Assembly: GCA_902494295.1 (NCBI GenBank)
Contig: CABUSL010000001.1
Coordinates: forward strand, 1 to 49,462
DNA: 49,462 nt
From: an uncultured Collinsella sp.
GTDB lineage: Bacteria > Actinomycetota > Coriobacteriia > Coriobacteriales > Coriobacteriaceae
Direction: 5' to 3'
The position numbers and the translations under genes were made by a program. Numbering within the stretch: position 1 is the first letter of the stretch; the number at the start of each line of letters is the position of its first letter. This document shows, piece after piece, positions 35,134-44,065 of the stretch. Below the pieces are notes generated by a model, which ran no database searches, was not told where the DNA came from, and saw nothing but the letters and a program-made list of their open reading frames with translations.

Positions 35134-35544
35134 CTAATAACGAGGCGTGAAACCGTCTTCATTGGTAAGTGGGGCTCGGGCCTGGGCGTCTACGAGGCGA
35201 AAACGCGTTCCCATGCGCTCGTAGGAGGCATGAAGCGCCTCGAGATGAGATAGGATATTTGCCGGAGCTCCCTGTATCTCCATCTCGACTGAGCCGTCTT
35301 CCATGTTACGCACCCAGCCGGTGAGCGCGCGTGCCTGCGCGAGGTTGGTGTTGGTAAAGCGAAAGCCAACGCCCTGGACTTGCCCCGCCCAGCGCAGGAA
35401 ATAGCGCAGGGGAGTGTCTTGAGTGGCCCCGTCGCTTGCGAGCACAGTAAGCCTGCGGCACAGCTCGAGCTCGACGTTTGATGGTTTTTGAGGCTCTCGA
35501 CTGCCGCCGGTGACACTGGAGAAGAACGTATCGAAGAGGCCCAT
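35134..35544 (-). CDS. acyP: Acylphosphatase
   Basis: GQVQGVGFR and LTGWVRNMEDGSVE motifs; N-terminal extension, start uncertain. Confidence 0.82.
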   Translation of the reverse strand: MGLFDTFFSSVTGGSREPQKPSNVELELCRRLTVLASDGATQDTPLRYFLRWAGQVQGVGFRFTNTNLAQARALTGWVRNMEDGSVEMEIQGAPANILSHLEALHASYERMGTRFRLVDAQARAPLTNEDGFTPRY

Positions 35545-35546
35545 CG

Positions 35547-36653
35547 CTATGCCTGCTTGCCTGCGTCGGCCGGGAAGGTTATGCCGGCCTGCTGGCGCAC
35601 GGCATCCATGATGCGCAGTGAGACGAGTGTGACATCGCGGTAGTGGCCAAGCTCGTGGCGTCCCGCCGGGGTCTCCCAAATCTCTTCCTTAACGTTATCG
35701 ATGCCGCCGATGGCGGTGATAAAGTCTGTGAGTTCGTATTCCATAGTGTTGCTCGATTTGGGCAGGTCGAGCACGCGGCCGTTGTCGCCCTGTTCGCGCG
35801 GTGCCTCGGTCGCCGAGCCGCGTACGACGTCGCCGCGATAGTCGATGCGGACGTTGCGGGGCGTGGACAGATGGTCGATCTGGATAGTGCCACGCTCGCC
35901 TTCGATCTGCGAGGGCAGCAGGTCGTTCGTAATTTTGGAGTGCGCGAGCTCGACGGAGATACGGCCACCGCCGTAGCTGGCGAGGATGGAACCGCAGCCG
36001 TCGATGGGGCCGTGCGTGAGCTGTCGCGTGGTGGGGTCGAGCAGAGTAGTCATGCTTGTAAGGCCGGAGGGCATGCCGAAAATCTCGACCATGGGCTCGA
36101 CGGTGTAGACGCCAATGTCCATGAGGGAACCTGATGCCATATTGCAGTCGAAGATATTGGTGGCGCGTCCCGCGAGAATCTCGTTGTAGCGCGAGGAATA
36201 TTTGCCAAAGCGCAATGAGGCGCGGCGGATGGGCGCAATTTCGCTCAGAGCGTCCTCGATTGCGTGGAAGGCGGGATCGTGGAGGGGACGCATGGCCTCG
36301 AGGGCCACGACACCTGCTGCCTCGGCAGCGCGGAAGACTTCCAGCGCCTGCGCTTCGGTTGCGCAGAAGGGCTTCTCGACGATGACGTGCTTGCCGCCGG
36401 CGATACAGGCGAGCGCCTGCTCGTAGTGGAGCGCATTGGGGCTGCCGATGTAGACGGCGTCGACGTCGTCGGCGGACGCAAGCTCGTCAAGTGCGGTGAA
36501 GTTGCGCTCGCCGCCGCGCTCGGCGGTAAAGGCAGCACCGCGATCTGCATTGCGCGAGAGCGTGCCCACAAACGCGGCTTGGTCGTTGGCGTTGACGACC
36601 TGGATAAAGTCGTCGGTAATCATGGATGTGCCGATGGTCGCTATACGCAGCAT
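35547..36653 (-). CDS. Gfo/Idh/MocA oxidoreductase
   Basis: DAVYIGSPNALH, KHVIVEKP and GSLMDIGVY motifs. Confidence 0.88.
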   Translation of the reverse strand: MLRIATIGTSMITDDFIQVVNANDQAAFVGTLSRNADRGAAFTAERGGERNFTALDELASADDVDAVYIGSPNALHYEQALACIAGGKHVIVEKPFCATEAQALEVFRAAEAAGVVALEAMRPLHDPAFHAIEDALSEIAPIRRASLRFGKYSSRYNEILAGRATNIFDCNMASGSLMDIGVYTVEPMVEIFGMPSGLTSMTTLLDPTTRQLTHGPIDGCGSILASYGGGRISVELAHSKITNDLLPSQIEGERGTIQIDHLSTPRNVRIDYRGDVVRGSATEAPREQGDNGRVLDLPKSSNTMEYELTDFITAIGGIDNVKEEIWETPAGRHELGHYRDVTLVSLRIMDAVRQQAGITFPADAGKQA

Positions 36654-36728
36654 GTATCCCCCTCGTGCCGTTCGGTTTACAGGATGAGTGTAGCGCGAGG
36701 GGGCAGGAAATAGCGTGCGAAAACGCCG

Positions 36729-37214
36729 TTACAGGTCGCTCTCGTTAAAGCCGGTGTCGATATCGAGGTTGCTGCCGTCGGCCGCCGTGGTGGCGAGCTC
36801 ATCGCAGCGCTCGTTGAGCTCGTGTCCGGCGTGACCCTTAACCCAGATGAACTCCACCTTATGCTTGCTTTTGGCGGCAAGCAGGCGCTCCCACAGGTCG
36901 CGGTTCTTAACGGGCTGCTTGTTGGCAGTTTTCCACCCGCGCTTTTTCCAGCCGTCGATCCAGTGTTTATTGAAAGCGTTGACGACGTACTGTGAATCGG
37001 AATGGACCTCGACCTCGCAGGGGCGGTTGAGCGCCTCGAGCGCCACGATGACCGCCATGAGTTCCATGCGGTTGTTGGTGGTCTTGGCGTAGCCGCGTGA
37101 AAGCTCGGAGGTGAAGGTCTTGCCGGCGGGGTTGGTGTATTTGAGTACGGCGCCGTAGCCGCCGCGTCCCGGATTTGATCGGGCCGAGCCGTCGGTATAG
37201 ATGATGACCTTCAC
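36729..37214 (-). CDS. rnhA: Ribonuclease HI
   Basis: [24 protein letters not shown] and WVKGHAG..NERCD motifs. GTG start after AAAGGA. Confidence 0.95.
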   Translation of the reverse strand: MKVIIYTDGSARSNPGRGGYGAVLKYTNPAGKTFTSELSRGYAKTTNNRMELMAVIVALEALNRPCEVEVHSDSQYVVNAFNKHWIDGWKKRGWKTANKQPVKNRDLWERLLAAKSKHKVEFIWVKGHAGHELNERCDELATTAADGSNLDIDTGFNESDL

Positions 37215-37313
37215 GGGCTTCCTTTCGTTGGGTACGTTTCGTGTGAGTGACCATTGTAGCGCCATGCCCGCCGGGGGCTAGCAATCTACGATTTCTACCC
37301 CGTCTTCCGACAG

Positions 37314-38225
37314 TTAGTTGGCATGGATGATGCGGTTGAGCTCGTCGAGGTATTGCTGCAAGAGGGGAGAGGGCTTGCGCTCGTCGTGCATGATATAGCC
37401 TACGTGCATCGTTGGGGCGTCTGCTAACGGGATCGATGCCATACCCCATTGCATTTCATTGGAGAGGACACCGGTCGACAGGGTGTAACCGTTCGACGTG
37501 ATAAGTAAGTTAGTAAGTGTTCCGCGGTCCGAGATTCGTATGTTGCGGTCGCAAGGGATATAGCTAAAAGGTTCCTCGGCGTAATAGAAGGAGTTTGAGG
37601 TTCCCTGCTCAAAGCTATAACGTGTATAGGGTGTGAGGTCGGCAAGGGACAGCTGCGGGCGGCGGGCAAGCGGGTGGCGCTCGCTAACGAAGACGTGGAC
37701 CGTCGCGTCGAATAGGGGATGGAAGCTCGCGCGCGCATCGGCAAAAGCCTTCTGCAGAACGCGGGCGTTAAAGTCGTCCAGATAGAGGATGCCGATGTCG
37801 CTGCGAAACGCGCGGACGTCATCGATGATCTGCGATGTGGTGGTCTCGCGCATGATGAACTCGAACTTGCTGTCGCGGCAGCGCTCGACCACGTTGACAA
37901 AGGCCTCGACCGAAAAGGCGTAGTGCTGGGCTGAGATGGCGAGGCGGGCTTGCGGGGTGCCGCCGTCCTCGTAGCGCGCCTCGAGCATGTCGGCCTGCTC
38001 TACGACCTGGCGCGCATAGCCCAAAAGCTCGGTGCCGTCGTTGGTGAGCGTGACGCCGCGGCTGGAGCGCGTAAAGATCTCCAGGTGGAGCTCCTGTTCC
38101 AGGCTTTTGACGGCGTTTGAGATGTTGGACTGAGCGGTATAGAGGCGCTGAGCTGCGGCGTTAATTGAGCCGGACTCTGCCACGGCAATCAGAAAACGAA
38201 GCTGCTGAAGGGTCATCGACGCCAT
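37314..38225 (-). CDS. LysR-family regulator divergent from metY (likely sulfur amino-acid regulator)
   Basis: HTH GSINAAAQRLYTAQSNIS..LEQEL..IFTRS.RGV.LT. Confidence 0.9.
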   Translation of the reverse strand: MASMTLQQLRFLIAVAESGSINAAAQRLYTAQSNISNAVKSLEQELHLEIFTRSSRGVTLTNDGTELLGYARQVVEQADMLEARYEDGGTPQARLAISAQHYAFSVEAFVNVVERCRDSKFEFIMRETTTSQIIDDVRAFRSDIGILYLDDFNARVLQKAFADARASFHPLFDATVHVFVSERHPLARRPQLSLADLTPYTRYSFEQGTSNSFYYAEEPFSYIPCDRNIRISDRGTLTNLLITSNGYTLSTGVLSNEMQWGMASIPLADAPTMHVGYIMHDERKPSPLLQQYLDELNRIIHAN

Positions 38226-38237
38226 CCTTTCGATTGC

Positions 38238-38254
38238 TATCTATAAAACCGATA
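38238..38254. promoter_or_regulatory. Candidate LysR operator
   Basis: TATC-N9-GATA dyad (T-N11-A type) between the divergent lysR and metY genes. Confidence 0.5.
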
Positions 38255-38373
38255 ACAGGTTAGCGCTTTTAAGTGATTGACCGAGCGAAACAATGCTCGT
38301 ACTATTCAAAACACACAAAGGCGGTAGGTAATTAAACCGACCACGGAACCGGGATGCGAAAGGAGGCCCGCAT

Positions 38374-38427
38374 ATGAATTGCTTACCAAGACGAATGCCG
38401 GGCTCCTGTTTGCGCCCGTCGGCGTGA
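38374..38427 (+). CDS. Putative leader peptide MNCLPRRMPGSCLRPSA upstream of metY
   Basis: Strong AAAGGAGG SD 7 nt before the ATG; 17 codons including 2 Met and 2 Cys; overlaps the CTCCTG / CAGGAG hairpin. Confidence 0.5.
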   Translation: MNCLPRRMPGSCLRPSA

Positions 38428-38489
38428 TCAGGAGACAGCGACTTACTTCTCTCTAATTTATTTACTTTTGTTCGATCAAGGAGATCATC

Positions 38490-39800
38490 ATGAGCCAGTT
38501 CATCAACAACCCCGAGCACACCTTTGGTTTCGATACCCTGCAGCTTCACGTTGGCCAGGAGAGCGCCGATCCCGCATCCGACTCCCGCGCCGTGCCTATC
38601 TACCAGACCACGAGCTATGTGTTCCGCAACTCCCAGCACGCCGCCGACCGCTTTGGTCTTGCCGACGCCGGTAACATCTACGGCCGTCTGACCAACTCCA
38701 CCCAGGGCGTCTTCGAGGACCGTATCGCCGCACTCGAGGGTGGTGTGGCAGGTCTTGCCGTCGCCTCCGGTGCTGCTGCCATCACCTATACCCTGCAGGC
38801 TCTTGCCCAGGCCGGTGACCACGTGGTGGCTCAGAAGACCATCTACGGTGGCTCCTACAACTTGCTGGAGCATACGCTCTCCCAGTTTGGCGTCGAGACC
38901 ACCTTCGTCGATGCCCATAACCTGGAAGAGGTCGAGGGGGCCATCAAGGACAACACCACGGTCATCTATCTCGAGACGCTCGGCAACCCCAACTCCGACA
39001 TCCCCAACATCGACGCCATCTCCGAGATCGCCAAGAAGCACGGTCTGCCGGTTGTCGTCGACAACACCTTCGGCACCCCGTATCTGTTCCGTCCGCTGGA
39101 GCATGGTGCCAACATCGTCGTTCACTCCGCAACCAAGTTCATCGGCGGCCACGGCACCTCGCTGGGCGGTGTGATCGTCGACGGCGGTAACTTCGATTGG
39201 AAGGCGAGCGGCAAGTATGCGCAGATCGCCGAGCCCAACCCCTCCTACCATGGCGTCTCGTTTGCCGAGGCTGCCGGTCCCGCCGCCTTCGCAACCTATG
39301 TCCGCGCTATCTTGCTGCGTGACGAGGGCGCCTGCATCAGCCCGTTCAACGCCTGGATCTTGCTCCAGGGCACCGAGACTCTGTCGCTGCGCGTTGACCG
39401 TCATGTCGAGAACACCAAGAAGGTCGTTGAGTTCCTGGCTGGTGACAGCCATGTCGCCAAGGTGAACCACCCGAGCCTGTCTGAGCACCCCGATCACGAG
39501 CTCTATCAGAAGTACTTCCCCAACGGCGGTGCCTCGATCTTTACCTTTGAGATTAAGGGTGGCCAGGAGGCGGCCTGGAAGTTCATCGATCATCTGCAGG
39601 TGTTCTCGCTGCTCGCCAACGTGGCCGACGTCAAGTCGCTCGTCGTGCACCCGGCTACCACCACGCACTCCCAGCTCTCTGCCGAGGAGCTCGCCGAGCA
39701 GAACATCACGCCCTCCACGATCCGTCTTTCCATCGGTACCGAGAACGCCGAGGATATCATTTGGGATCTGAAGCAGGCCTTCGCCGCGCTGGACGAGTAA
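38490..39800 (+). CDS. metY: O-acetylhomoserine aminocarboxypropyltransferase/sulfhydrylase
   Basis: AVPIYQTTSY, VDNTF, PLP-lysine HSATKFIGGHG, LANVADVKSL and HPATTTHSQL motifs. Confidence 0.93.
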   Translation: MSQFINNPEHTFGFDTLQLHVGQESADPASDSRAVPIYQTTSYVFRNSQHAADRFGLADAGNIYGRLTNSTQGVFEDRIAALEGGVAGLAVASGAAAITYTLQALAQAGDHVVAQKTIYGGSYNLLEHTLSQFGVETTFVDAHNLEEVEGAIKDNTTVIYLETLGNPNSDIPNIDAISEIAKKHGLPVVVDNTFGTPYLFRPLEHGANIVVHSATKFIGGHGTSLGGVIVDGGNFDWKASGKYAQIAEPNPSYHGVSFAEAAGPAAFATYVRAILLRDEGACISPFNAWILLQGTETLSLRVDRHVENTKKVVEFLAGDSHVAKVNHPSLSEHPDHELYQKYFPNGGASIFTFEIKGGQEAAWKFIDHLQVFSLLANVADVKSLVVHPATTTHSQLSAEELAEQNITPSTIRLSIGTENAEDIIWDLKQAFAALDE

Positions 39801-39860
39801 GGCGACTTGTGCAAAGACCCCTTGCGACTCGATAGGTATAACTGCATAAAATGCCTGCTC

Positions 39861-39901
39861 AAGGCGCCTGTGCGAACAATGGTTGCACAGGCGCCTTTTT
39901 T
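39861..39901 (+). terminator. Terminator after metY
   Basis: AAGGCGCCTGTGC / GCACAGGCGCCTT stem followed by a T tract. Confidence 0.8.
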
Positions 39902-40112
39902 GCATAGAGCGGGTGCAAAAACAGGGTTTTTGACACGCTTTATGCATTCGAGTTGTGGAAAACTCCTGTTGAGAGGATGTGAGTTTTACGCAATTGACGT
40001 GCGCCTTTTGAGTAAAACCGCAGGTCGCGATTTGCTCGGGGTACTATGCAGCGCGATCGAATCACACGCAGCTCAAACGCAGCAAAAACGCACTACGGAG
40101 GTTTCCAGCTAC

Positions 40113-40886
40113 ATGAGGATCGATTCGCGAAAACCGAAAGCCGCCGCCCTTTCTGCCGCTCTGACCGTGGCACTTTTGGCGGGCGCCGGCGCAACTGATG
40201 CCCACGCGGCAACACTATCCGATACGGTTGGACCTACGCCGTCCGAAGCGACGCTGGTGCAGCCCGTCGACTACCGCAGCGACGGTTATGGCTCTATGCA
40301 GGAGTGGAACGCCTCGATGGAGGCCAAGCGTGATTCCTTGGAGATGCGCGCTCAGATCATCATGAACATGTACGGTGACTATGCCACCGATGACGAGCGC
40401 GCTGTGTTGCAGGGTTGCATCGACGGTGCGGGTAACCTGTTGACGATGGGGGAGGTCGACGCCAAGTCGACCGAGCTCGATGAGCTGCGCACTGCGCTTG
40501 AGGATGCCAAGCGCGAAGCGCTCGAGGCTGCCGCCGAGGCGGAGGCTGCCGAGGCCGCCCAGGCTTCGTACTACAACGCCGGTTACACTCCGTCCTATGC
40601 GTCTGCCGCGTCCTACGCGAACGGATCGGGCCTGACGCGCTCTGCGGGTGTCAATAACTACAACGGACGCCGCGAGACCTATTACAGCAGCAATGTGCTT
40701 TATCACTATCGCACGGGCGAATGGACTCAGGATTCTGAGGGCTTCTGGCGCGATTCCGACGGCTATTACGTTGTTGCCGCGGGCGATATGGCCCAGGGCT
40801 CGACCTTTACGGGCTCCAAGGGTGATTGCAAGGTCTATGACTCCGGCTGCGCTGCCGGAACCACCGATTACTACACCGGTTGGTAA
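40113..40886 (+). CDS. Secreted protein: signal peptide, coiled coil and a C-terminal 3D/DPBB-like domain
   Basis: Signal ending AHA and an Ala/Glu-rich coiled coil. C-terminus has ETYYSS, YYVVAA and KVYDSG..TTDYY; GGAGG SD. Confidence 0.7.
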   Translation: MRIDSRKPKAAALSAALTVALLAGAGATDAHAATLSDTVGPTPSEATLVQPVDYRSDGYGSMQEWNASMEAKRDSLEMRAQIIMNMYGDYATDDERAVLQGCIDGAGNLLTMGEVDAKSTELDELRTALEDAKREALEAAAEAEAAEAAQASYYNAGYTPSYASAASYANGSGLTRSAGVNNYNGRRETYYSSNVLYHYRTGEWTQDSEGFWRDSDGYYVVAAGDMAQGSTFTGSKGDCKVYDSGCAAGTTDYYTGW

Positions 40887-41072
40887 TTTTTCTGCATCAC
40901 GGATATTTGGCGGACGGGCGTCTTTACCGAGCTTTAGGGCAACGTAAGGACGTCCGTTCTATGTATGCGTTTGAGTTAACAGAGCCCTTACCGTGGCGGT
41001 ACGCTGGGCGTATGGATGCGGGGCACACTGGTTCTTGAGAAATAAGGTCTTTCTCTTGGAGGAAGTGGTCTT

Positions 41073-41279
41073 GTGAATGCTCGAGATATTGCCGTTGCCG
41101 CCGTCGCGTTGATGCTTGGCTGCCTTGGTCCCACGGCCGCGCTCGTCGCGGGTATGCAGGGGTCTTGTGGGGCTGCCTCTATCGTGGTTGGCGTGTTGAT
41201 CGCGGCCGCGCTGCTGGGAAGTGCGGGTGTAGTCCTTTGTCGCGACGATGAGGACCAGGCGTCGGAGTCGCAGCTCTAA
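41073..41279 (+). CDS. Small hypothetical membrane protein (2 TM)
   Basis: GGAGG SD, GTG start, two hydrophobic segments and an acidic tail. Confidence 0.5.
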   Translation: MNARDIAVAAVALMLGCLGPTAALVAGMQGSCGAASIVVGVLIAAALLGSAGVVLCRDDEDQASESQL

Positions 41280-41317
41280 CCGTTGTGAAGCTGATTTTTG
41301 GCCAAAGATGAAGAAGG

Positions 41318-41353
41318 AAGCCGCCGCGAGGGGAGTGCCCCTTGCGGCGGCTT
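41318..41353. terminator. Hairpin between convergent genes
   Basis: AAGCCGCCGCGAGGGG / CCCCTTGCGGCGGCTT. Confidence 0.6.
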
Positions 41354-41388
41354 TGCCATTGGATCTGTTGGCTGCAGTATGCCGAGCA

Positions 41389-42303
41389 CTACCAGCTGCT
41401 TTCTATTTCGCGAATCCTCTGGTAGAGCCAATCGTTTTGCGGCACTTGGATATCGTGTTTGGCGGCCAGGCGGCGGACGGTGCCCGCGAACTCCTCGACC
41501 TCTGTTTTGCGCTGCGCGATGCGGTCCTGAGCCATCGAGGGCATACCGGCGGGGTCGATTCCCTCGATGAGGCGCACCATCTGAGTTAGGTCTGCCTCGG
41601 TGAGCTCGATGCCCTCGGCGTTGGCGACCGCAAGCGTCTCGCGCATGGCGGAGACAAAGCAGCGACGTTGCTCGGAGCCCGGCTCCGTGGCGCTTCCGTA
41701 GGTCCCGCCGTAGGCCATGCAGGTCTGGTTGATGCCGTCGTTGAGCATGAGTTTGGCCCACATGCGGTGCGCAATGTCGCTCTCGACGGCATGGGCGATG
41801 CCGCAGCGTGTGTAGAGCTCGTCGATGGCGGTGACGGTTGCGGACTCGGTGTCTGCTGCCGCGCCAAAGCGAATCTCGCCCGCATTGGTAAAGGTGAGCG
41901 CGCCATTGAGAAACACGGCGTCCATGCCCTGGCAGATACCAAGAACGGTATGCTCCCAGCCAAAGCGTTCGGCAATCTTTTGCTCGCTCGTAATACCGTT
42001 GCACAGCGAGGCGATGAGCGTGTTGGGTCCCACGACGCGCTCCATAGTCTTGAGTGCTTGGTCGAGACCGGTGGTCTTGACCGTCAGGATGACCAGATCG
42101 GCGGGCGCTGCCTCGCTGGCGCGGACGGACGTGAGACCGCAAGGCTTTCCGTTGACGGTGAGCGCATCGCCCGCGTGACGCTCAAAACGGGCGTCATCCA
42201 TAACGTATTCGACGGCGTCATTGCCGAGGGCCTTGGCAATCATGCTGCCGTAGAGCAGGCCGACGCCGCCCTTGCCGATAAAGGCGACCTTGTTGATCTG
42301 CAT
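41389..42303 (-). CDS. panE: Ketopantoate reductase family protein
   Basis: GKGGVG, TVKT, LCNG, WAKLMLN and SMAQD..RKTEVE motifs. Confidence 0.82.
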   Translation of the reverse strand: MQINKVAFIGKGGVGLLYGSMIAKALGNDAVEYVMDDARFERHAGDALTVNGKPCGLTSVRASEAAPADLVILTVKTTGLDQALKTMERVVGPNTLIASLCNGITSEQKIAERFGWEHTVLGICQGMDAVFLNGALTFTNAGEIRFGAAADTESATVTAIDELYTRCGIAHAVESDIAHRMWAKLMLNDGINQTCMAYGGTYGSATEPGSEQRRCFVSAMRETLAVANAEGIELTEADLTQMVRLIEGIDPAGMPSMAQDRIAQRKTEVEEFAGTVRRLAAKHDIQVPQNDWLYQRIREIESSW

Positions 42304-42426
42304 ATGAATCATCTCCCCATATAAAAGGCGCCCGCATATGGGGCGCCTGATGGATTGTATGTCGTCGGGGCGTTTGGTGGGCGCGCGGGGCTGCTGTTGT
42401 GAAAAAGAAACTATTGCGCAGTGCGC

Positions 42427-42621
42427 TTATGCCGCGGGGCAGACCGCAAAAACGCGCGCGGGGTATCCGACACCATCACGGACCTTAGAGAAGGTGCAGA
42501 AGATGACGGCGCCCGTGGCGGGAAGCTCGTCTAGATGGTCCATGACCTCGATCTGATAGCGGTCGACCGAGAGGATGTATTGTTCGCCGGGGTAGGGGTA
42601 GGCGTCCTCGCGTGTGGTCAC
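42427..42621 (-). pseudogene. C-terminal fragment of a cyclase/kynurenine-formamidase-family gene
   Basis: QIEVMDHLDELPATGA...G.G.PARVFA resembles the family C-terminus. The N-terminal HxGTHxD part is absent and an in-frame stop lies just upstream. Confidence 0.65.
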
Positions 42622-42783
42622 GCTCGTCTCCTTTCATCGGGCTTTTTGCTGATGTTAAAGCGGTGCCGTGACGGCCTGATTTCTGCTGCGTTACGATACG
42701 TTCTCGATTGCGATTCCAATGTGTTTCGATGGCGTGGCCGTTGCGTTTCGCCTCATTAGGGCTTCGATGGGAGGGGAGGGGCC

Positions 42784-43974
42784 GTGCAATATCGCGTTGA
42801 CCCCAAAAGCGGCAACCGTATCTCGGCGTTGGGGCTGGGCTGCATGAGGTTTCCCGGTGCGCCGGGACGCCCGGATGCGAAGACAGCCGACGCCATCATC
42901 TCCCGTGCGGTGGAGCAGGGGATTAACTACCTGGACACGGCCTATCTCTATCCCGGCAACGAGGCCTGTGTGGGTGCGTCGCTTGAGCGCCTGGGCTTGC
43001 GCGACCAGGTTTTGCTCGCAACCAAGCTGCCGCATGCTTCGTGCAAATGCGCGGAGGATTTCGACCGGTTCTTCGACGAGCAACTGCGCCGCCTGCGGAC
43101 CGACCATATCGACTATTACCTCATGCACAACATTACCTCGCCCGCCCAGTGGGAACGTGTGGTGGCGTTGGGCATCGAGGACTGGATCGCGCGTCAAAAG
43201 GCGGCGGGGCGCATTCGCCAGATTGGTTTTTCGTACCACGGCAGCGCGGCGGATTTCCTGACGATGCTCGATGCATATGAGTGGGACTTTTGCCAGATCC
43301 AGTACAATTACGCTGGAGAGCGATATCAGGCGGGAACAGCGGGGCTCATGGCCGCCGCCGAGCGAGGCCTCGCGGTGTTTGTGATGGAGCCGCTGCTGGG
43401 CGGGCGTTTAGCGGGCAAGCTGCCGCCACGGGCCCGCGCTGTGCTCGATAGCGCCCGTGACCCGCATTTGCGCACTCCTGCCGCCTGGGGTCTTTCGTGG
43501 GTGTGGAATCATCCTCAGGTGACGATGCTGCTTTCGGGTATGACCGATACCGCGCAGGTGGATGAGAACGTGGTGTTGGCCGATCGAGCCCTGCCGGATT
43601 CGATGACAGCTACTCAGCTCGACACGATCGCGCACGTGCTGGATGAGTTTGAAAAATCGAATCGCGTGCCCTGCACGGGATGCGGCTATTGCATGCCGTG
43701 CCCTAAAGGCATCAATATCCCTGGATGTTTTGCCGCCTACAACGCAAGCTATGCGCACAGCTGGTTTACGGGTCTATCGCAGTACTTTACGGCGAGCGCG
43801 GTGCGCACAAGCGAGGCCAAGCTGGTGAGCAATTGCGTCAAGTGCGGCAAATGCGCGCGCCACTGCCCACAGCATATCGATATCCCCGAGCGTCTCGATG
43901 ACGTGCGCCGACGTTTCCAGCCTGGCCCCGTGACGGCAGTGCTTAAGGCCTTCGGCAAAACGCGCTCCTCGTGA
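42784..43974 (+). CDS. Aldo/keto reductase with C-terminal 4Fe-4S dicluster
   Basis: LGLGCMR, DTAYLY, ATK, IGFSYH, CTGCGYCMPCP and CVKCGKCARHCP motifs. Confidence 0.9.
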   Translation: MQYRVDPKSGNRISALGLGCMRFPGAPGRPDAKTADAIISRAVEQGINYLDTAYLYPGNEACVGASLERLGLRDQVLLATKLPHASCKCAEDFDRFFDEQLRRLRTDHIDYYLMHNITSPAQWERVVALGIEDWIARQKAAGRIRQIGFSYHGSAADFLTMLDAYEWDFCQIQYNYAGERYQAGTAGLMAAAERGLAVFVMEPLLGGRLAGKLPPRARAVLDSARDPHLRTPAAWGLSWVWNHPQVTMLLSGMTDTAQVDENVVLADRALPDSMTATQLDTIAHVLDEFEKSNRVPCTGCGYCMPCPKGINIPGCFAAYNASYAHSWFTGLSQYFTASAVRTSEAKLVSNCVKCGKCARHCPQHIDIPERLDDVRRRFQPGPVTAVLKAFGKTRSS

Positions 43975-44060
43975 CCCTTTTATATCTTGTGATGGAATAG
44001 TCCCTGTTTGCGGCAGAATAGGGCGATAGCAGGAACTTTTTTGCCGCAACTGATGGGAGG
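43975..44060 (+). repeat. Structured leader, copy 1 (homologous to 45157-45240)
   Basis: CCCTTTTATA..TGGAATA..CTGTTTGCG..AATA..CCGCAACTGATG is shared with copy 2. Confidence 0.65.
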
Positions 44061-44065
44061 CTATC

